Of a stretch of 64,000 nt of DNA, positions 1-12,100 are shown in pieces. Source of the stretch: Bugula neritina (lineage: Eukaryota > Animalia > Bryozoa); assembly GCA_964035545.1 (NCBI GenBank), contig OZ037767.1:12323801-12387800 (forward strand), in the 5' to 3' direction. Under the pieces are notes generated by a model, which was not told where the DNA came from, searched no databases, and saw nothing but the letters and a program-made list of their open reading frames with translations. The position numbers and the translations under genes were made by a program. How positions within the stretch are numbered: the first letter of the stretch is position 1; each line of letters begins with the position of its first letter.

Positions 1-3000
1 CGTAAATGTGCTAAAAAAATCCTAAAAGTGCCTAAATGTGCTAAAAAGTGCTTGAATGTGCCTAAATGTGCCAAAAGCGCCTAAATGTGCTTAAAAGTGC
101 CTAAAAGTGCTAAAAGTGCCTAAGAGTGCCCAAATGTGCTAAAAAGTGCCTAAAAGTGCCTAAATGTGCCAAAAGTGCCTAAATGTGCTTAAAAGTGCCT
201 AAATGTGCCTAAATGCGCTAATAGTGTCTAAATGTGCTAAAAAGTGCTTAAATAAGCCTAAAAGTGCTAAAAGTGCCTAAATGCGCTAGAAGTGCCTAAA
301 GGTGCTAAAAAAGTCCTAAAAGTGCCTAAATGTGCTAAAAAGTGCTTGAATGTGCCTAAATGTGCTAAAAGTGCCTAAATGTGGTAAAAAAGTCCTAAAA
401 GTGCCTAAATGTGCTAAAAAGTGTTTGAATGTGCCTAAATGTGCCAAAAAAGCCTAAATGTGCCTAAATGCGCCATAGTGCTTAAATGTGCTAAAAAGGT
501 CCTAAAAGTGCCTAAATGTGCTAAAAAAGGCGTAAAAGTGCCTAAATGTGCTAAAAAGTGCCTAAATGTCTCAAAAGTGCTAAAATAAGCCTAAATGTGC
601 TAAAAAGTGCTTGAATGTGCTAAAAAGTGCCTAAAGGTGCCTAAATGTGCTAAAAAGTGCCTGAATGTGCCTAAATGCGCTAATAGTGCCTAAATGTGCT
701 AAAAAGTGCTTAAATAAGCCTAAAAGTGCTAAAAGTGCCTAAATGTGCTAATAGTGCCTAAATGTGCCTAAATGTGCCTAAATGCGCTAATAGTGCCTAA
801 ATGTGCTAAAAAGTGCTTAAATAAGCCTAAATGTGCTAAAAGTGCCTAAATGTGCTAAAAAGTGCTTGAATGTGCCTAAATGTGCCAAAAAAGCCTAAAT
901 GTGCCTGAATGCGCCATAGTGCTTAAATGTGCTAAAAAGGTCCTAAAAGTGCCTAAATGTGCTGAAAAAGGCGTAAAAGTGCCAAAATGTGCCAAAAGTG
1001 CCTAAATGTGCTAAAAAGTGCCTAAATGTGCCCTAATGTGCTAATAGTGCCTAAATACGCTAAAAAGTGCCTAAATGTGCTAAAAAGTGCCTAGATAAGC
1101 CTAAATGTGCTAAAAGTGCCTAAATGTGCCTAAATGTGCTAAAAGTGCCTAAATGTGCTAAAAAGTGCTGAAAAGTGCCTAAATGTGCTAAAAGGGCCTA
1201 AATTGGCTAAAAAGTGCCTAAAAGCGCTTAATTGTGCTAAAAAGTGCCTAAATGTGCTAAAAAGTCCCTAAATGTGCCTAAATATGCTAAAAGTGCCTAA
1301 ATGTGCTAAAAAGTGCATAAATGTGCCTAAATGTGCTAAAAGTGCCTAAATGTGCTAGAAAGTGCCTAAATGTGCTAAAAAGTGCCTAAGTGTGCCTAAA
1401 TGTGCTAAAAGTGCTTAAATGTGCTAAAAAGTGCCTATATGTGCCTAAATGTGCCAAACGTGCCTAAATGTGCCAAAAAGTGCCTAAAAGTGCCTAAAAG
1501 TGCCTAAGAGCGCCTAAAAATGCCTAAATGCGCTAAAAGTGCCTAAACGTGCCTAAATGCGCTAAAAGCGCGTAAATGTGCTAAAAAAATCCTAAAAGTG
1601 CCTAAATGTGCTAAGAAGTGCTTGAATGTGCCTAAATGTGCCAAAAGCGCCTAAATGTGCTAAAAAGTGCCTAAAAGTGCTAAAAGTGCCTAAGAGTGCC
1701 CAAATGTGCTAAAAAGTGCCTAAAAGTGCCTAAATGTGCCAAAAGTGCCTAAATGTGCTTAAAAGTGCCTAAATGTGCCTAAATGCGCTAATAGTGTCTA
1801 AATGTGCTAAAAAGTGCTTAAATAAGCCTAAAAGTGCTAAAAGTGCCTAAATGCGCTAGAAGTGCCTAAAGGTGCTAAAAAAGTCCTAAAAGTGCCTAAA
1901 TGTGCTAAAAAGTGCTTGAATGTGCCTAAATGTGCTAAAAGTGCCTAAATGTGGTAAAAAAGTCCTAAAAGTGCCTAAATGTGCTAAAAAGTGTTTGAAT
2001 GTGCCTAAATGTGCCAAAAAAGCCTAAATGTGCCTAAATGCGCCATAGTGCTTAAATGTGCTAAAAAGGTCCTAAAAGTGCCTAAATGTGCTAAAAAAGG
2101 CGTAAAAGTGCCTAAATGTGCTAAAAAGTGCCTAAATGTCTCAAAAGTGCTAAAATAAGCCTAAATGTGCTAAAAAGTGCTTGAATGTGCTAAAAAGTGC
2201 CTAAAGGTGCCTAAATGTGCTAAAAAGTGCCTGAATGTGCCTAAATGCGCTAATAGTGCCTAAATGTGCTAAAAAGTGCTTAAATAAGCCTAAAAGTGCT
2301 AAAAGTGCCTAAATGTGCTAAAAAGTGCTTGAATGTGCCTAAATGTGCCAAAAAAGCCTAAATGTGCCTAAATGCGCCATAGTGCTTAAATGTGCTAAAA
2401 AGGTCCTAAAAGTACCTAAATGTGCTGAAAAAGGCGTAAAAGTGCCTAAATGTGCCAAAAGTGCCTAAATGTGCTAAAAAGTGCCTAAATGTGACTAAAT
2501 GTGCTAATAGTGCCTAAATGTGCTAAAAAGTGCCTAAATGTGCTAAAAAGTGCTTAAATGAGCCTAAATGTGCTAAAAAGTTCCTAAATGTGACTAAATG
2601 TGCTAATAGTGCCTAAATGCGCTAAAAGTGCCTAAATATGCTAAAAAGTGTTTAAATGTGCCTAAATGTGCTAAAAGTGCCTAATTGTGCTAAAAAGTGA
2701 CTAAATGTGCTAAAAAGTCCCTAAATGTGCCTAAATGTGCTAAAAGTGCCTAAATGTGCTAAAAATCTCATAAATGTGCCTAAAGGTTCTAAAAGTGCCT
2801 AAATGTGCCTATAGTGCTAAAAAGTGCCTAAAAGTGCCTAAATGTGCCTGAATGTGCTAAAAAGTGCCTAAATGTGCTCAAATGTGCTAAAAGTGCCTAA
2901 ATGTGCTAAAAAGTGCCTTAATTTGCTAAAAAGTGCCTAAATGCGCTAAAAGGGCCTAAATGGGCTAAAAAGTGCCTAAAAGAGCTTAAATGTGCTTAAA

Positions 3001-3038
3001 TGTTCTAAAAGTGCCTAAATGTGCTAAAAGTGCTCAAA
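1..3038. repeat. Satellite A: ~10-bp subunits (AAATGTGCCT / AAATGTGCTA / AAAAGTGCCT) with a 1570-bp higher-order period
   Basis: Continuous variant 9-11-bp units. The distinctive string CGTAAATGTGCTAAAAAAATCCTAAAAGTG at position 1 recurs at 1571, and the following ~740 bp are near-identical. The array continues off the left edge. Confidence 0.95.
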
Positions 3039-5604
3039 CACAGTTAGTTTAAGGTCATTACTTTCCACATTCAGGCACTGCTTTATGTTATATATAAACG
3101 GTTTCCAGGGGATAGCTCGAACAGTTTTTGTCTCACATTAACAATTTTTACATGAAAAGATAGCTCTTGCATTCCTCTTTCATATACTTTTTTAATTTTT
3201 CAATAAAAAGATTTCTGAGAAAGTTGTTGCATAATAAGTAAAATTTTACACCCTCCATGTTCCACTTCTGTAGCACAGGGAATTCATTAATTTTATAAAG
3301 TCTAAAAAATAAACTTGACATTCCTTGATATGTTTTCTCTAATATACTTTCTTTGTTTTTTGAAACTCTATTTATGCTCTTCACAATTTGGTAAAAACAT
3401 ACACCATTTTGCAAGTTTCACTGCAATTATCTAAATTCTTCATATGGTGGTTCTAGCTACGCTCCTGTGACTAATTATAACATTCCTAGTACGTTTGCCG
3501 CTCTGCGCTATCACAATAACATATAGTACCCTCTCGCACAAATTGGCAATCTATTGGATTTCTGCCAATATAATGTTCCCTGTTTTACATTAGCACTTAG
3601 CTGAATCATCTCACTATGTTACAATAATATATTGAAAATGCCTCAGCACAACATAATTCTTTGTTTGTTTGGCAGAGTTAATTTCAGCTAAATCACTTCA
3701 CTTTGCAGTCTTGTCAGTAAAGGTCTGTCTATAGAGCAGCAGGTGTACTTTCAGTTTCTCTAATTCACATATGATTATTTTAAGTACGTTGTATTCTATA
3801 AGATCAATTTAAGGTTTAGTCCAGTGTTCAGTATCTAATTATTATGCATGTATGTTGTCTTACTGTTGAACAAAAGTTAAAAAAAACTTTACAATTATAG
3901 CCATATTTATTAAACATGCGTAGGATTTGCATAAGTTGACAAAAAAAATTGCGACAAAACAGGGTTGAACCATAACCAACTAACTCCTCGCTGATGCCTC
4001 TAACCTCTAGACCACGCAGTCATCGTTAATAAGACGCGCACTATATGAGTAACTATCATTACATAAATATTTCGCGCGCAAAAGGGTTATAATTATTAGG
4101 CTGTCAATTCATGTTGATAGCAGTCAACTGTTGCAATAGTCTTGGGTTACTAGCAAAGCTAATGGTTTTGAACAAATAACCCAAAAGTTTAAAAATAAGT
4201 AGCTACAAAAACAGGTCTGAAATAGACTGGTAAAGCAAGCTCTTATTGTAGAGTTTGCAGATGTGCTCTAAAATAAAACTTAAACTGTATGGTATTACAT
4301 AAGTATTTGTATGCGAGAGATAAATGGATATTACTGAGTTTCTGGAAAACAACATACTTGAAGTTAACTTTGACAATGGTGTGTTATTTTCATCATACAC
4401 TAGCACGGATAGGGCCTATAGCATAAATCTCTAATCATATGAATCTTTATGAAGCCCACAGCTCATGTAAGGGTGGCAAATGTAATTTGAAACTAAAAAT
4501 TGTGTTGCTGCATTGTGTCTAAGGTATATTAGAGAGCAGAATTTGGTTTTACTAGCCTACCCCAACGGCATTCTACAATGCAGCTTATATGCTGGCAGTT
4601 GTAATAAGTACTGTCAATAGCAAGGTTACTATCACTGCTAGCTCTGTGCAGTATGTAACCTCTTGAATAATTGCGCCAATTTTAAACTCTTGGAAGTTGG
4701 CCAAGTTATCATATCGCAGCCAGCCACCGGAGACAAAGCATCAGAGCTATTCATATAATATTATACTGATGCACTTGGTAGCAGAGTGGCTAATCTAATA
4801 TAGTTCATAGTTCAACACCCTTTACTTTGGGAATACAGCCTCTTTTTTTAGGTTTACCTTACAAAGCATGAAAATATCTAAACTGATATTCTGATAATTT
4901 AGAGGTACATTTTGAAAACTAGGTTAATTGCACTTGTTTGCACAACAACAATAATAAAATAGATATTATGCAGTATAATAAAAACACACATAATACTATA
5001 TAATATATTATAATGATAATAATATAATATTATAAGTACCATTACTGCATTTTATAAATCACATGGTTGCCAAAAAAATGTATCACAAATTTTGTAATTA
5101 TACATCAAAAATAGAACTATAGCTAGGCAGCAGGTTAGAATAGAGTAAATTTTTAAAACATGAAATCATGATTTGACTATTGTTTTATTTAGGCCAACCA
5201 ACCTAGGAATACAAGATTGGGTTTTAGCTGACAGTTTATAACATTTAGCTTTTGAGCCAGCAGCACTGGCACTTGTGAAGTATAGGCAAAGTTAGTGAAG
5301 CGAGACTAACTAGCACTCAAATACAAGGCATATTGAGACCCAATAACAAATCAGGAGCGTATAAATTGAAAAGAATGTGGAAAGGGGACTATGTTTTTCA
5401 ACAAGCTATAACTTAAACATGAATTAGTTTTTGAAAAAAATAAAAAAGTATATTGGAGAACATAAGTTTTTTTATCTTTTCATATTTTTTTTGTTCCTGT
5501 GACATTCAACCTGTTCGAGCTATCAGTGGAACATTGTTCATATAGAACATAAAGCACCTGGCAAAGAGCCAGAGAATGAAAAGTGTGACCTTAAACTAAC
5601 TGTG
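3039..5604. mobile_element. Non-autonomous TIR DNA transposon with CACAG...CTGTG ends (CMC/EnSpm-like)
   Basis: Perfect 19-bp TIR CACAGTTAGTTTAAGGTCA (3039) / TGACCTTAAACTAACTGTG (ends 5604), extending imperfectly ~90 bp (TGCTTTATGTT...GATAGCTCGAACAG at both ends). No transposase ORF and no TSD (flanks AA / TA belong to different satellites). The superfamily is inferred from the termini and from the similar-ended MITE with 2-bp TSDs. Confidence 0.8.
3951..4021 (-). other. tRNA-like / SINE-head-like Pol III promoter remnant inside the DNA transposon
   Basis: Minus strand reads GACTGCGTGGTCTAGAGGTTAG...GGTTCAACCCTGTTTTGTC. It has an A-box-like TGGTCTAGAGG and a B-box-like GGTTCAACCC at tRNA-like spacing. 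The stems are too degenerate for a functional tRNA. Confidence 0.5.
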
Positions 5605-7097
5605 TACTGCTCCTAGTAGAAATAGTGTAATTAACACCTCCCAAATGTGCTAAAACATGCCCAAATGTGCTAAAACATACCCAAATGTACTAAATTGAGC
5701 GAAATATGCTAATGGTACCAAAAAGTGCCCAGATGTTCTGAAACGTGCCCAATGGTACTAATAGTAGAACTAGTGTGCTCAACAGTGCCCAAATGCGATA
5801 TCTTGAGCCAATTATGCTAATAGCACCAATTGGTGCCAAGAGGTACTAAAACGTGGCCAGTACTGCTCAAAGTAGAAGTAGTGTGCTTAACACCTCCCAA
5901 TTGTGCTAAAACATGCCCAAATGTGCTAGTGCAAGCCAAATATTCTAATAGTACCAATAAGTTCCCAGAAGTTCTGAAACGTGCCAAATAATGCTAAAAC
6001 TAGAACAAGTGTGCTCAACAGTGCCTAAGTGCGCTATCTTGAGCCAATTATGCTAATAAGACCAAATAGTGGCCAGTGGTTCTGAAACGTGCCCAATAGT
6101 GCTAAAACTAGAACAAGTGTGCTTAACAGTGCCCAAATGCGCTATCTTGAGCCAATTATGCTAATAAGACCAATAAGTTCCCAGAGGTTCTGAAACAAGC
6201 CCAATAGTGCTAAAACTAGAACAAATGTGCTCAACAGTGCCCAAATGCGCTGAAACATGCCCAAATAGGCTAAAGTGAGCCAGTTGTGCTAATTGTACCT
6301 ACTAGTGCCCAGAGGTTCTGAATTGTGCCCAATAGTGGTAATGCTAGGACTAGTGTGCTTGACAGTGCCCAAATCTGCTAAAACATTCCCAAATTGGCTA
6401 AAACATGCCCAAATGTACTAAATTGAGCCAAAAATGCTAATAGTACCAATTAGTACCCAGAGATTCTGAAACGTGCCCAATATAGCTGGTAGTAGAACTA
6501 GGGTGCCTAACAGTGCCCAAATGTGCTGAAACATGCCCAAATGTGCTAAATTGAGCCAAGCATGCTGATAGTACCAATATGTGCCCAGAGATTCTGAAAC
6601 GTGCCCAGTACTGCTAGTAGTAGAAATAGTGTGCTTAACACCTCCCAAATGTGCTAAAACATGCCCAAATGTGCTAAAACATGCCCAAATGTACTAAATT
6701 GAGTCAAATATGCTAATAGTACAATTGAGTGCCCAGAGGTTCTGAATTGTGCCCAATAGTGGTAATGCTAGGACTAGTGTTCTTGACAGTGCCCAAATCT
6801 GCTGAAACATTCCCGAATTGGCTAAAACATGCCCAAATGTGCTAATTTGAGCCAAAAATGCTGATAGTACCAACAAGTTCCCAAAGGTTCTGAGACGTAA
6901 GGTTCTGAAACATGCCCAATAGTGCTAAAACTAGAACAAGTGTGCTCAACAGTGCCTAAATGTGCTAGTGCAAGCCAAATATTCTAATAGTACCAATAAG
7001 TTCCCAGAAGTTGTGAAACGTGCCAAATAATGCTAAAACTATAACAAGTGTGCTCAACAGTGCCTAAATGTGCTAGTGCAAGCCAAATATTCTAATA
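5605..7097 (-). repeat. Satellite B, short block in the opposite orientation to the main B array
   Basis: Reverse complement of the main array monomer (AAATGTGCTAAAACATGCCC...GTTCTGAAACGTGCCCAATAGTGCTAAAACTAGAAC). Confidence 0.92.
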
Positions 7098-8385
7098 CTA
7101 CTACTAGTTCTACTACCAGCACTATTGGGCACGTTTCAGAACCTCTGGGCACTAATTGGTACTATTAGCATATTTGGCTCAATTTAGTACATTTGGGCAT
7201 GTTTTAGCGCAATGGGAAAGTTTTAGCAGATTTGAGCACTGTCAAGCACACTAGTCCTAGCATTAGCACTATTGGGCACAATTCAGAACTTCTGGGCACA
7301 AATAGATACGATTAGTACAATTGGCTCAATTTAGAACGTTTGGGTACGGTTAGGCTCATTTGTTCTAGTTTTAGCACTATTGGGCACGTTTCAGAACCTC
7401 ACGTTTTAGAACCTCTGGGCACTTCTTGGTACTATTAGCATATTTGGCTTGATTTAGCACATTTGGGCATGTTTTAGCACATTTGGGCACTGTTGAGCAC
7501 ACTTGTTCAAGTTTTAGCAGTATTGGGCCTGTTTCAGAACTTCTGGGCACTAATTGGTACTATTAGCATAATTGGCTCAAGATAGCACAGTTGGGCACAG
7601 TTGAGCACACTTGTTCTAGTTTTAGCACTATTGGGCACGTTTCAGAACTTCTGGGAACTTATTGGTACTATTAGCATATTTGGCTTGATTTAGCACATTT
7701 GCGCATGTTTTAGCACATTTGGACACTGTTGAGCACACTAGTTCTACTATTAGCACTACTGGGCATGTTTCATAACTTTTGGGCACTTATTGGTACTATT
7801 AGCATATTTGGCCTGATTTAGAACCTTTGGGTACTGTTAGGCACACTTGTTCTAATTTGGGCATTAGGCACGTTTCAGAACCTCACGTTTCAGAACCTCT
7901 GGGCACTCATCTGTGCTATTAGCATATTTGGGTTGATTTAGAACATTTGGGTACTGTTAGGCACACTTGTACTAGTTTTGGCACTATTGGGCATGTTTCA
8001 GAACCTCACGTTTCAGAACCTCTGGGCACTTACTGGTACTATCAGAATATCTGGCTTGATTTAGCTCATTTGGGCATGTTTCAGCACATTTGGGCACTGT
8101 TAGGCACAATAGTTCTACTACCAGCGCTATTGGGCACGTTTCATTACCTCTGGGCACTAATTGGTACTATTAGCATAATTGGCTCGAGATAGCGTATTTG
8201 GGCACTGTTGAGCACACTTGTTCTAGTTTTAGCACTATCTGGCACGTTTTAGAACCTCTGGGACCTCATTGGTACTATTAGCATATTTGGCTCAAAATAG
8301 CACATTTGGGCACTGTTGAGCACACTAGTTCTACTATTAGCACTATTGGGCAAAATTCAGAACTTCTGGGCACCTATTGGTACAA

Positions 8386-9141
8386 CACAGGATAGTTAAG
8401 GGTAACCTTTTAGCTGCAACTGCCTTGCTGAGGTTTGCATTGTAATCATATAAGAATTCAGTACCAGTAAAATAAAATGTCACCTAATTGTGCTAGAGTC
8501 AAAATTTAAAAACTATGTTGTAGATCTTTTTTTTCTCCAGTGTAAGTTTTTTGGAAAATTCAATTTTCATTTTTTTCGCGAAGTTATAGACAAAAAACTG
8601 CCGAATTTTGGCCAATTTTGCCTGAAAAGCTGACTTTTCAGTACCAGTAAAATATCTCAGCAGCAAAGCATGATATCTGAATGAAAATTGCACTGCTGGA
8701 ATCCTGAGATATTTCTCCAGTGTAAGTTTTTTTCTTTTTTCAATAACTCTGCTAGATTTCTCATAACTTGGTGATTTATACACTGAAATTGCCATATTTT
8801 CTCATAAGAAACTAGCAGCGCGCAGCACTTCACGCTTCACTGAGCACGTAGGGATGAGAAGATATTGGCGCCTACATAATAATTACAGGCTAGCTAGCTG
8901 GCAGGCTATAATGAATAGCTCGCTTTGTACTTTGTTTATGTAGCACCCATAATGGAATGTTGATAGATAACGCAGCCCTAACGAAGGTTGCTGCTTATTG
9001 GTTGTAGTTTAATCTTAGGCTAAACAATTACAAGTAGGCAACACGCATGCCACCCACAGAGCAATATTGTTCAAGAACCTGAACTACATTTTGAGAGAAA
9101 TTTATAATATTCTTAGTGAGGATGCCCTTAACTATCCTGTG
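8386..9141 (+). mobile_element. MITE copy 1 (756 bp, CACAG...CTGTG, CMC/EnSpm-like)
   Basis: TIR CACAGGATAGTTAAGGG / CCCTTAACTATCCTGTG. Inserted in GGTAC(TA)TTAGC with flanks AA / TA, consistent with a 2-bp TA TSD carrying one substitution. A paralogous empty site is at ~16610-16630. Confidence 0.92.
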
Positions 9142-12100
9142 TATTAGCATATTTGGCTCGATTTAGCACATTTTGGGATGTTTCAGCACACTTGGGCACT
9201 GTTAGGCACACTAGTTCTACTACCAGCACTATTGGGCACGTTTCAGAACCTCTGGGCACGAATTGGTACTATAAGCATAATTGGCTCGAGATAGCGCATT
9301 TGGGCACTGTTCAGCACACTTGTTCTAGTTTTAGCACTATTGGGCACGTTTTCGAAACTCTTGGACCTTAATGGTATTATTAGCATATATTGCTCAAACT
9401 AGCACAATTGGGCACTGTTGACCACACTTGTTCTAGTTCTAGCACTATTGCGCACGTTTTAGAACTTCTGGGAACTTATTGGTACTATTAGTATATTTGG
9501 CTCAAATTAGCACATTTGCGCATGTTTTAGCACATTTGGGCACTGATGAGCACACTAGTTCTACTTTGAGCACTATTGAACACGTTTCAGAACATCAGGG
9601 CACTTATAGGTACTATTAGCACTATTAGGCATGTTTTAAAACTGTTGGGCACTTATTGGTACTATTAGCATATTTGGCCTAATTTAGAACCTTTGGGTAC
9701 TGTTAGGCACACTTGTTCTAGTTTTGGCACTAATTGGCACGTTTCAGAACCTTACGTTTCAGAACCTCTGGGCACCTATTGGTACTATTAGCATACTTGG
9801 CTCAAGATAGCGCATTTGGGCACTGTTGAGCACACTTGTTCTAGTATTCGCATTATTGGGCTTGTTTCAGAACCTCTGGGAACTTATTGGTACTGTTAGC
9901 ATATTTGGCTCAAACTAGCGCATTTGGGTACTGTTAGCCACACTTGTTCTAGTTTTGGATCTATTGGGCACATTTCAGAACCTCACGTTTCAGAACCTTC
10001 GGGCACTTATTTGTACTATTAGCATATTTGGCTTGATTTAGCACATTTTGGCATGTTCCAACACATTTGGGCACTGTTAGGCACGCTAGTTCTACTACCA
10101 GCACTATTGGGCACGTTTCAGAACCTCTGGGCACTAATTGGTACTATTAGCATATTTGGCTCAATTTAGTACATTTGGGCATGTTTTAGCGCAATGGGAA
10201 AGTTTTAGCAGATTTGAGCACTGTCAAGCACACTAGTCCTAGCATTAGCACTATTGGGCACAATTCAGAACTTCTGGGCACAAATAGATACGATTAGTAC
10301 AATTGGCTCAATTTAGAACGTTTGGGTACGGTTAGGCTCATTTGTTCTAGTTTTAGCACTATTGGGCACGTTTCAGAACCTCACGTTTTAGAACCTCTGG
10401 GCACTTCTTGGTACTATTAGCATATTTGGCTTGATTTAGCACATTTGGGCATGTTTTAGCACATTTGGGCACTGTTGAGCACACTTGTTCAAGTTTTAGC
10501 AGTATTGGGCCTGTTTCAGAACTTCTGGGCACTAATTGGTACTATTAGCATAATTGGCTCAAGATAGCACAGTTGGGCACAGTTGAGCACACTTGTTCTG
10601 GTTTTAGCACTATTGGGCACGTTTCAGAACTTCTGGGAACTTATTGGTACTATTAGCATATTTGGCTTGATTTAGCACATTTGCGCATGTTTTAGCACAT
10701 TTGGACACTGTTGAGCACACTAGTTCTACTATTAGCACTACTGGGCATGTTTCATAACTTTTGGGCACTTATTGGTACTATTAGCATAATTGGCTCAAGA
10801 TAGCACATTTGGGCACTGTTGAGCACACTAGTTCTACTATTAGCACTACTGGGCATGTTTCAGAATTTTTGGGCACTTATTGGTACTATTAGCATATTTG
10901 GCTCAATTTTGAACCTTTGGGTACTGTTAGGCACACTAGTTCTACTTTTAGCACTATTGGGCACGTTTCAGAACCTCTTGGCACTTGTTGGTACAATTAG
11001 CATCCTTTTCTCAATATAGCATATTTGGGCATGTTTCAGCACATTTGGGCACTGTTAGGGACACTTGTTCTACTACCAGCACTATTGGCCACGTTTCAGA
11101 ACATCTTGGCACTAATTGGTACTATTATCATAATTGGCTCAAAATAGCGCATTTTGGCACTGTTGAGCACACTTGTTATAGTTTTCGCATTTTTGGACTT
11201 GTTTCAGAACCTCTGGGAACTTATTGGTACTGTTAGCATCTTTGGCTCAAACTAGCGCATTTGGGAGCTGTTAGGCACACTTGTTCTAGTTTTGGCACCA
11301 TTGGGCACATTTCAGAACCTCACGTTTCAGAACCTCTGGGCACTTATTTGTACTATTAGCATATTTGGCTGGATTTAGCACATTTGGGCATGTTTCAGCA
11401 CATTTGGGCACTGTTAGGCACGCTAGTTCTACTACCAGCACTATTGGGCACGTTGCAGAACCTCTGGGCACTAATTGGTACTATTAGCAAAATTGGCTCA
11501 ATTTAGTACATTTGGGCATGTTTTAGCGCATATGGGAATGTTTTAGCATATTTGGACACTGTTAGGCACGATAGTCCTAGCATTAGCACTAATGGGCACA
11601 ATTCAGAACTTCTGGGCACTAATAGATGCTATTAGCGTATTTGGCTCAATTTAGAACATTTGGGTACTGTTAGGCACACTTGTTCTAGTTTTGGCACTAT
11701 TGGGCACGTTTCAGAAGCTCACGTTTCAGAACCTCACGTTTCAGAACCTCTGATCACTTATTGGTACTATTAGCATATTTAGCTTTATTTAGCACATTTG
11801 GGCATGCTTTAGCACATTTTGGGCATTCTTGAGCACACTTGTTCTAGTTTTAGCATTATTGGGCACGTTTCAAAACTTCTTGGCACTAATTGGTACTATT
11901 AGCATAATTGGCTCAAACTAGCACAGTTAGGCACTGTTGAGCACACTTGTTCTAGTTTTAGCACTATTGGGCACGTTTCAGAATTTCTGGGAACCTATTC
12001 GTACTATTAGCATATTTGGCTTGATTTAGCACATTTGCGCATGTTTTAGCACATTTGGACACTGTTGAGCACACTAGTTCTACTATTAGCACTACTGGGC

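Noticed and set aside
3039-3060. CACAG ends as RAG recombination signals or Transib/ProtoRAG termini
   Set aside because: There is no CACAGTG heptamer with a nonamer, and the related MITE makes 2-bp rather than 5-bp TSDs.
3148-3414. 88-aa ORF inside the 2.6-kb transposon as a transposase remnant
   Set aside because: I could not recognise catalytic or family motifs. A profile search would be needed.
8499-8795. 98-aa ORF shared by MITE copies
   Set aside because: It has no transposase motifs, reflects the internal duplication and A/T runs, and is broken in copies 3 and 4.
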